Of a DNA stretch of 64,000 bases, positions 1-10,094 are shown piece after piece. Both the position numbers and the translations under genes were made by a program. The notes under the pieces are model-generated. The model saw only the letters and a list, made by a program, of their open reading frames with translations. It had not been told where the DNA came from and searched no databases. This DNA is from an uncultured Christensenella sp. (GTDB lineage Bacteria; Bacillota; Clostridia; Christensenellales; UBA1242). The DNA lies in NCBI GenBank assembly GCA_964455585.1, contig CAYVXW010000004.1, positions 103-64,102 on the forward strand, given 5' to 3'. Positions within the stretch are counted from its first letter, which is position 1. Each line of letters opens with the position of its first letter.

Positions 1-89
1 TATCCATTCCCCTCGCAAAACTCTTTGCAACCTCTTAGTTACCCATCAATACTTTGCTCCGTCTGACTATCCGAACTATACCTTGCACC
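1..89 (-). pseudogene. Relic of a large serine recombinase (resolvase-type N-terminal catalytic domain), runs off the window edge
   Basis: Minus-strand translation GARYSSDSQTEQSIDG*LRGCKEFCEGNG matches the YARYSSxxQxExSIxGQxRxC signature; in-frame TAA at 39-41 replaces the conserved Gln and no start codon is evident. Confidence 0.75.
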
Positions 90-302
90 CGTATCCTTTT
101 TTACTTTTGTTTTTTCTATTGACTTTTGCCGTTTTGTGGCATATAATGACAATACAAGCATTTGGGGTAGTGAAACAAATACCAGTAGGAATTGTCCTAG
201 TGAATAAATGCTTGTTTTTTATTGTCCTTGTTATTATCCCCCAAACGGTAGGTGGGAAGGGTTCTCAAATTTAGGGATGTGCGAGAATTTACAGGTTCTA
301 TT

Positions 303-319
303 TTCGACAAGTTTCGACA
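303..319. promoter_or_regulatory. Two tandem Spo0A (0A) boxes upstream of Spo0A-CTD gene copy 1
   Basis: TTCGACA at 303-309 and 313-319 (= TGTCGAA, consensus TGNCGAA), 10-bp period. Confidence 0.7.
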
Positions 320-390
320 TTATTTACCCTATTTTGATATTATTGTTTGTAAAAACGCAAAATATTTTTGTAAAAATGTGTTTAAAGTAG

Positions 391-419
391 TTGAAAATGT
401 GCGAGAAAAGGTGTATAAT
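391..419 (+). promoter_or_regulatory. SigA-type promoter
   Basis: TTGAAA-17 bp-TATAAT; same element conserved upstream of the other two Spo0A-CTD copies. Confidence 0.75.
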
Positions 420-473
420 TTGGGAGTTGTTGTTGAAAAACGCATCATTTTACACAAACTAGGAGAGTTCAAA

Positions 474-1088
474 ATGGAGAATACAATGTTAACAAGCAAT
501 GAAGAAAAAGTGGGTAAATTTGAAGTAAATGATAGCGGTTGGACTGTTGCGAACGAAGATCGTGTATCCAACAATGAGCACGAGATACATAACATAAAGA
601 AGCGAGAAGCGGACGGCGGGTGCTTTGAGAATATCGTGTACGGAACTCAAGAGTACATTGATACAAACAAAGGCTATGAGGGGGCCCCATCGGCTTGCCA
701 CAAAGGTCACCCTACATCCACCCACGAAGTAAGTAGAGAACTAAAAATTGAAAGGCGGATTGTGGATATACTTTTGAACATTGGGATTACGGCGAACTTG
801 CACGGGTACATCTTTCTAAAAGAATCAATAAAACTTGCTTTGGAAACTCCGGCGTTTATGTGTTCAATTTCAAAAACAATTTATCCTAAGGTTTCATTAA
901 AATTTGGCTCAAGCACTTCCCAAATAGAGCGCTCTATTCGTCGTGCGATTGAGGTGAGTTACAATAAAGACAAGATAACCCACCTAAACGACATTTTTGA
1001 CCTTCCCGCCTTTGGCAAATACGAGCAACCCACCACCACCGAGTTTCTCGCCCTCATCGCCAACAGGCTAGCGTTAGAGTTTTATTAA
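474..1088 (+). CDS. Spo0A C-terminal DNA-binding domain protein lacking a receiver domain (copy 1)
   Basis: IGITANLHGYIFLKESI...IYPKVS...QIERSIRRAIE...PTTTEFLALIANRL matches Spo0A_C; start reassigned to ATG 474 (RBS AGGAGAG) from ORF 252..1088. Confidence 0.85.
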   Translation: MENTMLTSNEEKVGKFEVNDSGWTVANEDRVSNNEHEIHNIKKREADGGCFENIVYGTQEYIDTNKGYEGAPSACHKGHPTSTHEVSRELKIERRIVDILLNIGITANLHGYIFLKESIKLALETPAFMCSISKTIYPKVSLKFGSSTSQIERSIRRAIEVSYNKDKITHLNDIFDLPAFGKYEQPTTTEFLALIANRLALEFY

Positions 1089-1159
1089 AAGCACTTGAGC
1101 GGTTATTGCCAAATACGAAATATCAACAAACGCCCCAACCACAAACCTTATTAAAACTA

Positions 1160-1189
1160 AAAATACAACCCCATTCGGGGTTGTATTTT
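1160..1189 (+). terminator. Rho-independent terminator (probably bidirectional)
   Basis: AAAATACAACCCC-ATTC-GGGGTTGTATTTT. Confidence 0.75.
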
Positions 1190-1286
1190 GCTCCCGGCAA
1201 ATTATTGCCGTGTTTTTAAAATAACACTGTAATAACCTCCAAATAAAAAAGTTGATGATAATTTTGCATTATCGGAAGTTGTCGGC

Positions 1287-1430
1287 AAGTAGTCCGAAGG
1301 AATATTTGCTAGCAACTGATGGTTATTCAAACTGTGATGCCGTGATTTATCACGGGGTTTGCATCCGCAAACTGGATTTGCGAACTTGTGAGCAAATCAA
1401 CATCACATAGCTTATAATATAGGAAGATTA
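1287..1430. ncRNA. Candidate structured RNA, unit A of a 148-bp tandem pair
   Basis: Multi-hairpin unit closed by TGTGATG...CATCACA; shares loops and linkers with unit B while stem sequences differ but stay paired. Confidence 0.55.
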
Positions 1431-1434
1431 AACA

Positions 1435-1578
1435 AAGTAGTCGCAAAGACACCTTGATTTAATCTGACGACCATTTCAAACTAAGTGACCACGATTTATC
1501 GTGGTTGTTGCGATTAGCAACTTAAAATTTAACTTGCTTAAATTTTAACATCACATAGTTTATAATATAATAAAATTA
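1435..1578. ncRNA. Candidate structured RNA, unit B of a 148-bp tandem pair
   Basis: AAGTAGTC, CTGAYG, TTCAAACT, ATTTAT loop, AACTTG loop and AACATCACATAGYTTATAATATA recur about 148 bp after unit A. Confidence 0.55.
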
Positions 1579-1610
1579 CTAATTGCATTAAGTCATACAC
1601 TTTATAACTA

Positions 1611-2816
1611 TTATTCCACCTCGCCAAGCAACCAATCAAGGGCATTTACTTTTCTTATGCCATCAAAATCGGTTTCAGGGTCTTCGTCTAAGGTTAAAAT
1701 AAATTTTGGATAGTGGTCATTTATGCTTTGAAGAGGTTTGAGTTCTCTCTCTAATGTTTTTTTATCTCGAACAGTTGCTGAAACTTGAAAATACATCGTT
1801 TTCTTATTGTCCATTGCGACAAAATCAACTTCTGTGTCGTCAACCTTGCCAACATACACATCATAACCCCTACGCAAAAGTTCCAAATATACAACATTTT
1901 CCAAGATGTGACCAACATCAGTAGAGCGAGTGCCGAGAAGCATATATCTAAGCCCGATATCAACAACATAATATTTTTCAAGAGTTTTTAGATATTGTTT
2001 GCCTTTCACGTTATATCTATTTGCTTTATACAAAATAAAACTTTCAGTAAGCCCCGATATAAATTTTTCAACTGTTTTTACATCGATTTTCCTGCCATCA
2101 GAAGTCATTGTGTCGGCAATTTTTTTCATAGAAAGTGGGTTGCCAATATTGTCAAACATAAACCTTGTAATACTTTCAAGCATAGAAATATCCGCAATTT
2201 TTTTTCTTGAAGCAATATCTTTTACGACAACTGTATTGTAAATTCCATCAAGATATGGTTTTATTTCGTTTACTTGGCCTCTAAGTTCCAATGTGTATGG
2301 GAAAGAACTATGTTGAATATAGTCAACATACTTTCTTGCGAGGTCTTTTTTGTCGCCAGTAGATTCAACGAACTCAGCAAAAGACAATGGCAACATTGAA
2401 ATTTCAATATATCTACCCGAAATTAGTGTCGCAATTTCACTAGATAGCATATATGCGTTTGAACCTGTGATATAAATATCCACATTATTTTTAATGAACA
2501 AACTATCTACAACTCTTGGAAAGTCTTCTACATGTTGAATTTCATCAAGAAAAATATAGTTTTGATTTTTACTATCCAATTTTTCTTTAATATATGCATG
2601 AAGTTTGCTCGGATCTCTCAAATCGTAAAAATCATAATCTTCAAAATTTATTGAAACTATGTTTTTCTCACTAACGCCATTTTCAAGCAAATAGTTTTTA
2701 AAAATCTCCATTAAAGTTGATTTTCCACATCTTCTAACACCTGTTATGATTTTTATGACTTTTTTATCTTTAAGCGCGATTAACTTATTCAAATATTCTT
2801 TTCTTTCTACAAGCAT
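1611..2816 (-). CDS. AAA_14 family ATPase with C-terminal DUF4143 domain
   Basis: GVRRCGKS Walker A, IFLDEIQ Walker B, TGSNA, ENVVYLEL..EVDFV; start at MLVERKEY with RBS AAGGAG; promoter TTGACA-17-TAAAAT at 2876-2848. Confidence 0.9.
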   Translation of the reverse strand: MLVERKEYLNKLIALKDKKVIKIITGVRRCGKSTLMEIFKNYLLENGVSEKNIVSINFEDYDFYDLRDPSKLHAYIKEKLDSKNQNYIFLDEIQHVEDFPRVVDSLFIKNNVDIYITGSNAYMLSSEIATLISGRYIEISMLPLSFAEFVESTGDKKDLARKYVDYIQHSSFPYTLELRGQVNEIKPYLDGIYNTVVVKDIASRKKIADISMLESITRFMFDNIGNPLSMKKIADTMTSDGRKIDVKTVEKFISGLTESFILYKANRYNVKGKQYLKTLEKYYVVDIGLRYMLLGTRSTDVGHILENVVYLELLRRGYDVYVGKVDDTEVDFVAMDNKKTMYFQVSATVRDKKTLERELKPLQSINDHYPKFILTLDEDPETDFDGIRKVNALDWLLGEVE

Positions 2817-3109
2817 AAATTGCTCCTTTTGTCTATTATTAACCATAATTTTATCCAAAAACTTGCAAAATGTCAACACTTTTGGGAATACAATCCAAAA
2901 AAATACTTATCGCCCACAACATTTAACACAAAACAACCTTAGTTGAATAACGACCAAATTATTATTTTTGATACACGATTTCTTAAAAAACACATTGGCT
3001 AACAAAACCAATATGTCTTCCCTTTATTTATTTTAAACCAACCAGCTACAGTATTCCACTATAGCAAATTCAGTACGAAATATTTAAAGCATCATTTAAC
3101 TCTTATAAA

Positions 3110-4063
3110 TTAAATAAAAGTCTTATATATTTGAATTGCAATGTTCCTTATGATAGGCACACAAACCGAATTTCCTATTTGCTTATACGCCTGTGGAAGA
3201 GTAATCCCTTTAGGAAATTTAAACTCCGGAGGATACCCCTGTAACGCCAAACATTCATACGGGGTCAATTTTCTAATACCAAAATCATCTCGAATTATGT
3301 GAACCCTATCTGGAAATGTTCCCATGTTTGCGGTTAGCGTTGGGCAAACATCTAATCCCCTTGAAGAAACTCCGCAATCGGAAATCCTATGAGCCACGCC
3401 TCTTTTTTTAATCTTTTCACACATTTCGTTATATAACGGGTGTTGACTTGTGTAATAATAACAATCATTATGTTTTTTGTGAATATCAACAATATCCGAA
3501 ACCCTTTTCGTCAAAGCGATTTCCTTTGGATACTCAAACCGATTACATTGTTCAATGTCCGAAAATGCAACAATAAATACCCTATCTCGTTGTTGAGGAA
3601 TATTTGCATGCGTTTTGGGGTTTTGAGTGGCATATCTTACCACATATCCCTCTTCCCTCAAAGACAAATAAACCTGTTCGAAAGACTTTCCGTTGTCATG
3701 CTCGATTAAATTTGCGACATTTTCAAGGAATATAACACTCGGTTTCTTGTCCCTTATTATTCTCGTGATTTCGAAAAATAATTGACCTCGGTTATCATCA
3801 AACCCCTTTTGCCTGCCTGCCAATGAAAATGGTTGACAAGGAAATCCCGCAACCAAAATATCGAAATTGGGAATATCATTTGTATCAACTTTTTTTATAT
3901 CACAATTTACTATATGGTCACTTCCAAAATTCGCAATATAAGTATTGCATGCAAACTTATCAATCTCATTTGCCCACACTATTTTAAACCCCGCCTGAAC
4001 AAAGCCCAAATCAATTCCGCCTATTCCGCTAAACAAACTACAAACTCGTTTTTGATTTTGCAT
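3110..4063 (-). CDS. DNA (cytosine-5)-methyltransferase
   Basis: LFSGIGG, GFPCQPFS, ENV, QQRDRVF and YKQIGNSV motifs. Confidence 0.95.
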   Translation of the reverse strand: MQNQKRVCSLFSGIGGIDLGFVQAGFKIVWANEIDKFACNTYIANFGSDHIVNCDIKKVDTNDIPNFDILVAGFPCQPFSLAGRQKGFDDNRGQLFFEITRIIRDKKPSVIFLENVANLIEHDNGKSFEQVYLSLREEGYVVRYATQNPKTHANIPQQRDRVFIVAFSDIEQCNRFEYPKEIALTKRVSDIVDIHKKHNDCYYYTSQHPLYNEMCEKIKKRGVAHRISDCGVSSRGLDVCPTLTANMGTFPDRVHIIRDDFGIRKLTPYECLALQGYPPEFKFPKGITLPQAYKQIGNSVCVPIIRNIAIQIYKTFI

Positions 4064-4140
4064 TTTAAACCGTTCTCCCTAAACACTCGCTATAATTGAA
4101 TCTTTTATAATAAATCCCAATTGACACTAGTGATAATAAT

Positions 4141-5418
4141 TTATTGCTCACTAGCTTTTAGTCGCTGAATATCTTCTATTTGACCGACAAGATTCGCCAC
4201 ATCATCACCGTGATTTCTCTTATTCCATGTTTCAATAACATGCTTCAAGTCAATCAAGAAAGCGTGAACAACCTCGTGGTCTTCTTTACTCTTTCGGTAG
4301 TTTGCTCTTGAAAAACCAATGTACTCTAGCGCTCCATTAAGACCGAGTTTGTTATCGTATTTGTTGTATGGAAGAATAAAGGCATTTCTTATCTTTTGTA
4401 TTTCATCTCCCATTTTATTGTTCTTGATGTAATCACCATATGTTATTTGCTTTTGAATCGATGTTGTCTCAGGCAAGTCTCTACTGTCTGTCGTATAACC
4501 ATAACGATAGAACTTTGAGTCAAGGATATAAACAATGTTATCTTGAATCAATATCGTATCCGGTCTTAAATCACTGCTTGCAAACGGATTATAATCTTTT
4601 GATTTTAAATACCAATCCGCACTCGGATTAAATTTTGTAGCGTCTCTATTCCCGAAGATTGAGTTAATCATTCTCTCGAAAATATAAGCATAAGAATCAA
4701 CACCGTACACTATCTCATTGTCGTTTTTGTCTTCACTCAATCCCTCAACAATAGAAAGCATATGAGACAACCTAATCTTCTTTTCATCATCAAATGTTTG
4801 ACCAAGCTCTTTCTTTAAGGTGTCGATGTAAACATTCTTTAATTCTTTATAGAATGGTTTAGTTTCAATAAAATTAGAACTCTTTATTCCAAACAACCAA
4901 CCCAAAACATCAAGGCTTTTCTTTACACAATATTTATGTATCTCAACAATGATGTTGTCTAAGTCATTTTTAACTGATACAACAAGGTCGCTATAAACGA
5001 CATTGCATTTTGATATTATTGGTTGTCCATTAAGAGTTCTTTTCCAATCAACTCTACCCCTTTGATTCTTTTTTAAAACTTTCTCTCTATTAACATAAAA
5101 GCCGTTCGTCAAATAATCTCTAATAATCCACAAGTATGATAACAATGGAATTGCCTCATTATTAGAAAACGATGACTCCACTTTTATTCTCGAATTAGAA
5201 TGAGTTTTTGCAATTGCTATTGTTTGCAGTATGGCAATGACATCTTCTCTTGATTTTTCAATAGACGCCCCATCAAAGTTATAGCTTTCAGGATAATAGA
5301 AATCAATTCTATTGTTCTTAATTTTTATACCGACAAATGAGTCGTCTACTTTATTAGTAACCTTATGGTAATGTGGTCCAAAATCAATAGTATCTTTTTT
5401 ATTTATTGAAGATGCCAT
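4141..5418 (-). CDS. LlaJI-family (McrC-like) restriction endonuclease subunit
   Basis: FERMI...LRPDTIL...ILDSKFY PD-(D/E)xK motif, SIQKQITYG; overlaps the McrB-like gene. Confidence 0.85.
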   Translation of the reverse strand: MASSINKKDTIDFGPHYHKVTNKVDDSFVGIKIKNNRIDFYYPESYNFDGASIEKSREDVIAILQTIAIAKTHSNSRIKVESSFSNNEAIPLLSYLWIIRDYLTNGFYVNREKVLKKNQRGRVDWKRTLNGQPIISKCNVVYSDLVVSVKNDLDNIIVEIHKYCVKKSLDVLGWLFGIKSSNFIETKPFYKELKNVYIDTLKKELGQTFDDEKKIRLSHMLSIVEGLSEDKNDNEIVYGVDSYAYIFERMINSIFGNRDATKFNPSADWYLKSKDYNPFASSDLRPDTILIQDNIVYILDSKFYRYGYTTDSRDLPETTSIQKQITYGDYIKNNKMGDEIQKIRNAFILPYNKYDNKLGLNGALEYIGFSRANYRKSKEDHEVVHAFLIDLKHVIETWNKRNHGDDVANLVGQIEDIQRLKASEQ

Positions 5419-7381
5419 CTATAAATACCCCTAATCCTTTTTCTTTGTATTCTTTCACAAGTTCATCTAAGGATTTGATTCCGTCAGCAAACCATTTACT
5501 TCTATCGAATTTGGCAACATCGGACCATAGGTATTCAAGTACTTTATATGCAAAATCTTCAATAAGTTTAATATCATCTTCCACACATGCATCTTTATCA
5601 ATAGGATTATCACTCATCAAATTTCCTTTTACAAAATACACGCCAATTTGCTTATCTTCACTATTCAAACCATTTGAAGATTCTAAAATAAACTTATTAA
5701 TTCCGTTGACAAAGTCTTCCCAAGTAATATCCGCACCTGGAATAAACTTATCCTTAAATTGATGATTGGATTCAAACTTATTGAGAAGTTTCTTAAATTT
5801 CCATCTTCTCTTAAATGCAGTATCCAAAGTAAACACGTTTTGGTCGGATGTATTCATAGTAGCAAAAATAGAAAGGTTACCCGGCAATCTTATCTTTTCA
5901 AACGAATATACACCTTTGAATTGTTTTTTAAGATAATCACTGATATTAACATTAGTGATATCATATTCACTAACCCCTTCTTTTCTATCAAGCAATTGGA
6001 AAATGTCACCGAAGATACTAGCGGCACTACCTCTATTTAACTCTTCAATAACAAGCGCAACTCTTTCTTGAGGCTTTTCAATTGCTTTTTCAAGTGCGAG
6101 AGTAAAAGGTCCGGGATTAAATTCATATGTTACTTTTTCTCCCTCAATCTTAGGTAAAATTTGACCTACAAAATCTGTATTCGTATAGTCTTGGAAATAA
6201 GTCGTTCTAATATAGTTTTCTTTCGGATAATCTTTTAATAGCGTATGTTCTACATAATAAGACTTACCACATCCTGGAGTGCCATAAACAATAAGGTTTT
6301 GTCCGTCATTGATTGTGGACTCAAAGAAGTTGAATGGAACTAATACTTTTTGAGTATCTACAGTTTCATCAGGAATATCATCAAATTCATCAACATGAAG
6401 TTCATTACCACTAATGATATCTTGGATAAGTGGTTTATATAAATTTAATCTAAATACCGATTTTTGTGTTAATGCGGAATTTTTATATCCGTTTGGCAAA
6501 TCCTTATATGCTATATCTTTTATCCACTCAACCTTACGATTGTTTACATAGTCTGCATCTTGATTTGGTGTATCTTGAATATATTCATACTCGCCTACAA
6601 CTTTACCAATATGGGTGATACCGTTATCAAAATAAACAACATAATCATTTACTTTGATTTCATCTCTGAACATCCATATTTGACCCACATTAGCGCCTTT
6701 TCTTTGATTAGAATCATTAGGATTAATTGTAGCATACAAATCATCAAGTTCATCTCTCGATTGAATATTTGTCAAGTCTCCAAGATTACTCCATCCAATA
6801 CAAATATGAGGATTCGTTTTATCCAATGCGGAATTGTTTAAGGTGATATGAATGCCATAAACGTTGAAATTGTACAATTCACAATCATCGTCGATAATAT
6901 CGTTCATATTCATTAAATCGGAAGTCAACTCAACATCAAATAAGATTTTTTTATTCTCATCATCAACAACTACTACAAAATTTACTCCTTCTATATTTCG
7001 ATTATAAAGTTCTACAAACCATTCATATCCTTCGCCCCTTTGCCTGAAGTCTGTCTTTTTAAGTTGAAACTTAGGAGTCCCGCCATCTTCTCCTTCAGTA
7101 TGAGTGAACACAACATTTATATTTTTATTAATATATTTTTCACCGATAATGGCACATATATTAGCACCCAGGCTTGCTTTATAATCTCCATCTAAAATAT
7201 ATTTTACTTTAGTTCTAATGCTTTCGTCTGTTTCACGGTGTAAGGCATTTACATTTAATAGGTATGTTTCTAACTCAACTGGCAAATTATATGAGCATTG
7301 TTGAGTAATATCTTTCTTTTTAACAATGAGTTTGTAGTTAGATTGAGTGTTTGAGATTATTCTTTCAAATTTTTTAATCAT
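5399..7381 (-). CDS. McrB-like AAA+ GTPase restriction subunit
   Basis: YGTPGCGKS, IEELNRG, TMNTSDQN (NxxD) and AFKRRW; long N-terminal putative DNA-recognition region. Confidence 0.9.
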   Translation of the reverse strand: MIKKFERIISNTQSNYKLIVKKKDITQQCSYNLPVELETYLLNVNALHRETDESIRTKVKYILDGDYKASLGANICAIIGEKYINKNINVVFTHTEGEDGGTPKFQLKKTDFRQRGEGYEWFVELYNRNIEGVNFVVVVDDENKKILFDVELTSDLMNMNDIIDDDCELYNFNVYGIHITLNNSALDKTNPHICIGWSNLGDLTNIQSRDELDDLYATINPNDSNQRKGANVGQIWMFRDEIKVNDYVVYFDNGITHIGKVVGEYEYIQDTPNQDADYVNNRKVEWIKDIAYKDLPNGYKNSALTQKSVFRLNLYKPLIQDIISGNELHVDEFDDIPDETVDTQKVLVPFNFFESTINDGQNLIVYGTPGCGKSYYVEHTLLKDYPKENYIRTTYFQDYTNTDFVGQILPKIEGEKVTYEFNPGPFTLALEKAIEKPQERVALVIEELNRGSAASIFGDIFQLLDRKEGVSEYDITNVNISDYLKKQFKGVYSFEKIRLPGNLSIFATMNTSDQNVFTLDTAFKRRWKFKKLLNKFESNHQFKDKFIPGADITWEDFVNGINKFILESSNGLNSEDKQIGVYFVKGNLMSDNPIDKDACVEDDIKLIEDFAYKVLEYLWSDVAKFDRSKWFADGIKSLDELVKEYKEKGLGVFIDGIFNK

Positions 7382-8444
7382 TATCTTCCACCTCCATTAA
7401 ATAATTTTTCATAACTTTTGCTATTGCCCCAGCTAATAACACTGGAACGGCATTTCCAATTTGAGTATATTGGCTACTTTTATTACCTGTAAAAAAGTAT
7501 GCATCTGGGAAACTTTGTATTCGTGCCGATTCTCTAGCCGTTGGAATCCGATTTTCTGAGTAATGAAAATAATTTCTATGACCACAATCAATAGTTCCAC
7601 TCGGCAATTTGCTATTCATTCTTTTGAAAGCGGCATTATAGTTTCTTACTTTATAAAATTCTTCTGGTAAATCCTTAATATTGCCGCCATCGGATATCAT
7701 ACTAATTATTTTTTTTGTTTGTTCTGTATGAACAGTTATATCATTATTTAGAATTCTAGTTGCCCCTTTTCTCATTTCTTTTTGAAAATCATTTTTGGGC
7801 TCTGAAATATATTGCTCTTGGTCTTCGCCATTATCCAATGATGGAAGATCGCTCAAAGCATCATAGGTTGAAACCATGTTTTTTTTCTCAACTTTATCAA
7901 AATCAAAGAATTTATCTCCAAAAACGTCTTTTTTTAATCCAATAAAAAAAACTCTTTCTCTTGATTGAGGAACCCCATAATCTGATGCTCGCATTAATTT
8001 ATAACAAACATTATATCCCAATTCAGAAAATCTTTCTAATATATCTTCTTTGTAAAAGCCCCCCTCCATGCTTAATAGCCCCTTTACATTTTCAAGAATG
8101 AAAAATTTGGGTTTAATTATCTTTACAAATCTAACATATTGCAAATATAAGCTATTTCGTTCGTCACCAATTTCTCTCTTGCCAACTAAACTAAATCCTT
8201 GGCAAGGAGGACCACCAATAACACCTGTAATATTATATTTTTTCATTTTCTTTTTTATCATTTCATCAGTATAGTCATTGATGTCTATTGAAAAGGCTTC
8301 TTTGTTTGTTCTGTTATAATTGTAAGTTTTTACAGCATCATCCCACTTGTCGATTGCCAATATACTCTCAAACCCCTCTAATTCAAACCCTTTTGTAAAA
8401 CCACCTGCACCGCAAAACAAATCTACAATATACAATTTATTCAT
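7374..8444 (-). CDS. DNA (cytosine-5)-methyltransferase (M2 of the RM operon)
   Basis: DLFCGAGG, GGPPCQGFS, ENV, QSRERVF, QIGNAVP. Confidence 0.95.
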   Translation of the reverse strand: MNKLYIVDLFCGAGGFTKGFELEGFESILAIDKWDDAVKTYNYNRTNKEAFSIDINDYTDEMIKKKMKKYNITGVIGGPPCQGFSLVGKREIGDERNSLYLQYVRFVKIIKPKFFILENVKGLLSMEGGFYKEDILERFSELGYNVCYKLMRASDYGVPQSRERVFFIGLKKDVFGDKFFDFDKVEKKNMVSTYDALSDLPSLDNGEDQEQYISEPKNDFQKEMRKGATRILNNDITVHTEQTKKIISMISDGGNIKDLPEEFYKVRNYNAAFKRMNSKLPSGTIDCGHRNYFHYSENRIPTARESARIQSFPDAYFFTGNKSSQYTQIGNAVPVLLAGAIAKVMKNYLMEVEDND

Positions 8445-9489
8445 TTTGATTACCTTCACCATCCAATAATTGTTTAAGTCCCTTTGCTATTGCCTTAGCC
8501 ATTAATGGAGGAACCGCGTTCCCAACTTGTCTAAATTGCTCTCCCTGATTTCCACAAAATTCAAAATTGTCTGGAAAACTTTGTAATCTTGCAGATTCTC
8601 TTACTGTTGGAATTCGATTTAAAACAGGATGGAAATAATTCATATGTCCTGTATCAATTGTAATTGACGGTTCAGTAAACGACAATCTTTTATAGGCACT
8701 TGAATGACGATTATTCCTTTGAGTATCCCACAATTCGGTAGGTACATCCTTCCAGTTTCCGCCTTGAGGCACATATGCAATTCTTTCCTGCACCCTTGCA
8801 TTAGGAAATTTGGGGGCATGATTCAAAAGAACGCCATTACTGTTTCTAGCATATCTTAAAAAGCGATTATTGATATTTCTCTCAGGATAACATATATCAC
8901 CGATAGCATCATAAACAGTAACAACTTGTTTAACCTTTTCTATTTTATTAAAATCAAATGTGCAATTTAAGTCCTTTCTTATTCCAACAAAAACGGCTCT
9001 TCTTCTATCTTGAGGAACCCCATAATCTGATGCTAGCAAAACATTCACGCTTACATTATATCCAAGTTCGTCTGTAATTTTTAATATTCTATCCTTTGCA
9101 TAGCCATTATCCTTTGTTAAAATTTGTCTTACATTCTCTATTACAAAAGCTTTCGGTTTTATAAGTTTAACAAAACGAAGATATTCAAAGAACAATTTGT
9201 TTCTAGGATCATTTTCTTCTTTCTCGTGTCTATTCGCTGAACTAAACCCTTGACAAGGGGGTCCTCCAATAATTATTTCGACACCCCTTAATTTTTCCAT
9301 TATTTCATCATCTGTTATTCTTTTTATATCGCAACAATACTCAAATTGACAATTAAAGTTATGAATATGGGTTGCCATAGCCGCCCTATCCCATTCCACA
9401 CCACCAATTATCTTGTACCCCGCTAATTTAAAGCCTAGGCTTAAACCGCCTGCGCCACAAAACAAATCTAAAGCTCTATACTTAGACAT
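8437..9489 (-). CDS. DNA (cytosine-5)-methyltransferase (M1 of the RM operon)
   Basis: DLFCGAGG, GGPPCQGFS, ENV, QDRRR, QVGNAVPP; paralogue of the adjacent MTase. Confidence 0.95.
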   Translation of the reverse strand: MSKYRALDLFCGAGGLSLGFKLAGYKIIGGVEWDRAAMATHIHNFNCQFEYCCDIKRITDDEIMEKLRGVEIIIGGPPCQGFSSANRHEKEENDPRNKLFFEYLRFVKLIKPKAFVIENVRQILTKDNGYAKDRILKITDELGYNVSVNVLLASDYGVPQDRRRAVFVGIRKDLNCTFDFNKIEKVKQVVTVYDAIGDICYPERNINNRFLRYARNSNGVLLNHAPKFPNARVQERIAYVPQGGNWKDVPTELWDTQRNNRHSSAYKRLSFTEPSITIDTGHMNYFHPVLNRIPTVRESARLQSFPDNFEFCGNQGEQFRQVGNAVPPLMAKAIAKGLKQLLDGEGNQNE

Positions 9490-9705
9490 TTAATCCTCCT
9501 GAAAATCAAAAAAATCTTTTAGCGACATCTCTAAACCTTCACATATTTTTATCAAAGTTTCTACGGTAATATTTTGTTTACCAGATTCCACTCTAGACAT
9601 ATAAGTCCGATCATATCCTAACTTAATTGCCAGATCTTCTTGTGATAAATATGTTTTTTCAGTTCTTATTTCCTTTATTCTATTTCCTATAGTCTTTAAA
9701 GTCAT
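9490..9705 (-). CDS. XRE-family HTH protein, probable RM controller (C protein)
   Basis: 71 aa, SQEDLA...DRTYMSRVESGKQNIT; first gene of the RM operon. Confidence 0.85.
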   Translation of the reverse strand: MTLKTIGNRIKEIRTEKTYLSQEDLAIKLGYDRTYMSRVESGKQNITVETLIKICEGLEMSLKDFFDFQED

Positions 9706-9727
9706 AATACCACCAACTTTTTATAAA

Positions 9728-9756
9728 ATTATATCAGTTGGTGACTTATAAGTCAA
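9728..9756 (-). promoter_or_regulatory. RM operon promoter with C-box-like operator
   Basis: TTGACT-17-TATAAT on the minus strand, overlapped by the perfect palindrome TGACTTATAAGTCA (9742-9755), resembling GACT-N-AGTC C-boxes. Confidence 0.75.
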
Positions 9757-10094
9757 CACTTTTGTGTGTTGATTTTCCATAATCAGAAGGGCTTTCCAAT
9801 TCTCTAAGGGGATGTCGGAATAATCGTTCTAACACCCACTGCTAAATTGCATTTGAAAGGCTACAATTTAAATCAAAGAGCAAATAAAAATCCACCAGAA
9901 CATAATACCTGATGGAATTTCACTTAAAATATGCTTATTGGGGTTTTAAAACCACTAAAAACACAAAAACCGTCTTGACACCCCTTATTCATTATATCAA
10001 GACTAATCGTTTTTAATGGAGCGGTACCGAGATCCAGATACGGAATAGCCACATTATCTACAACAATGGCAAACCATTGTAACCAACAATAAAT

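Noticed and set aside
252-473. Long N-terminal extensions of the Spo0A-CTD ORFs in the ORF track (also 10524-10604 and 21319-21363)
   Set aside because: They overlap the conserved promoter module; RBS-supported starts lie downstream
1456-1490. Hammerhead ribozyme suggested by CTGACGA
   Set aside because: The other unit has CTGATGG and no GAAA core or compatible stems were found
9965-10050. Possible att site, tRNA 3' remnant or recombinase tail (minus strand ...GGTACCGCTCCA followed by a hairpin)
   Set aside because: No matching second copy in the window and too short to support
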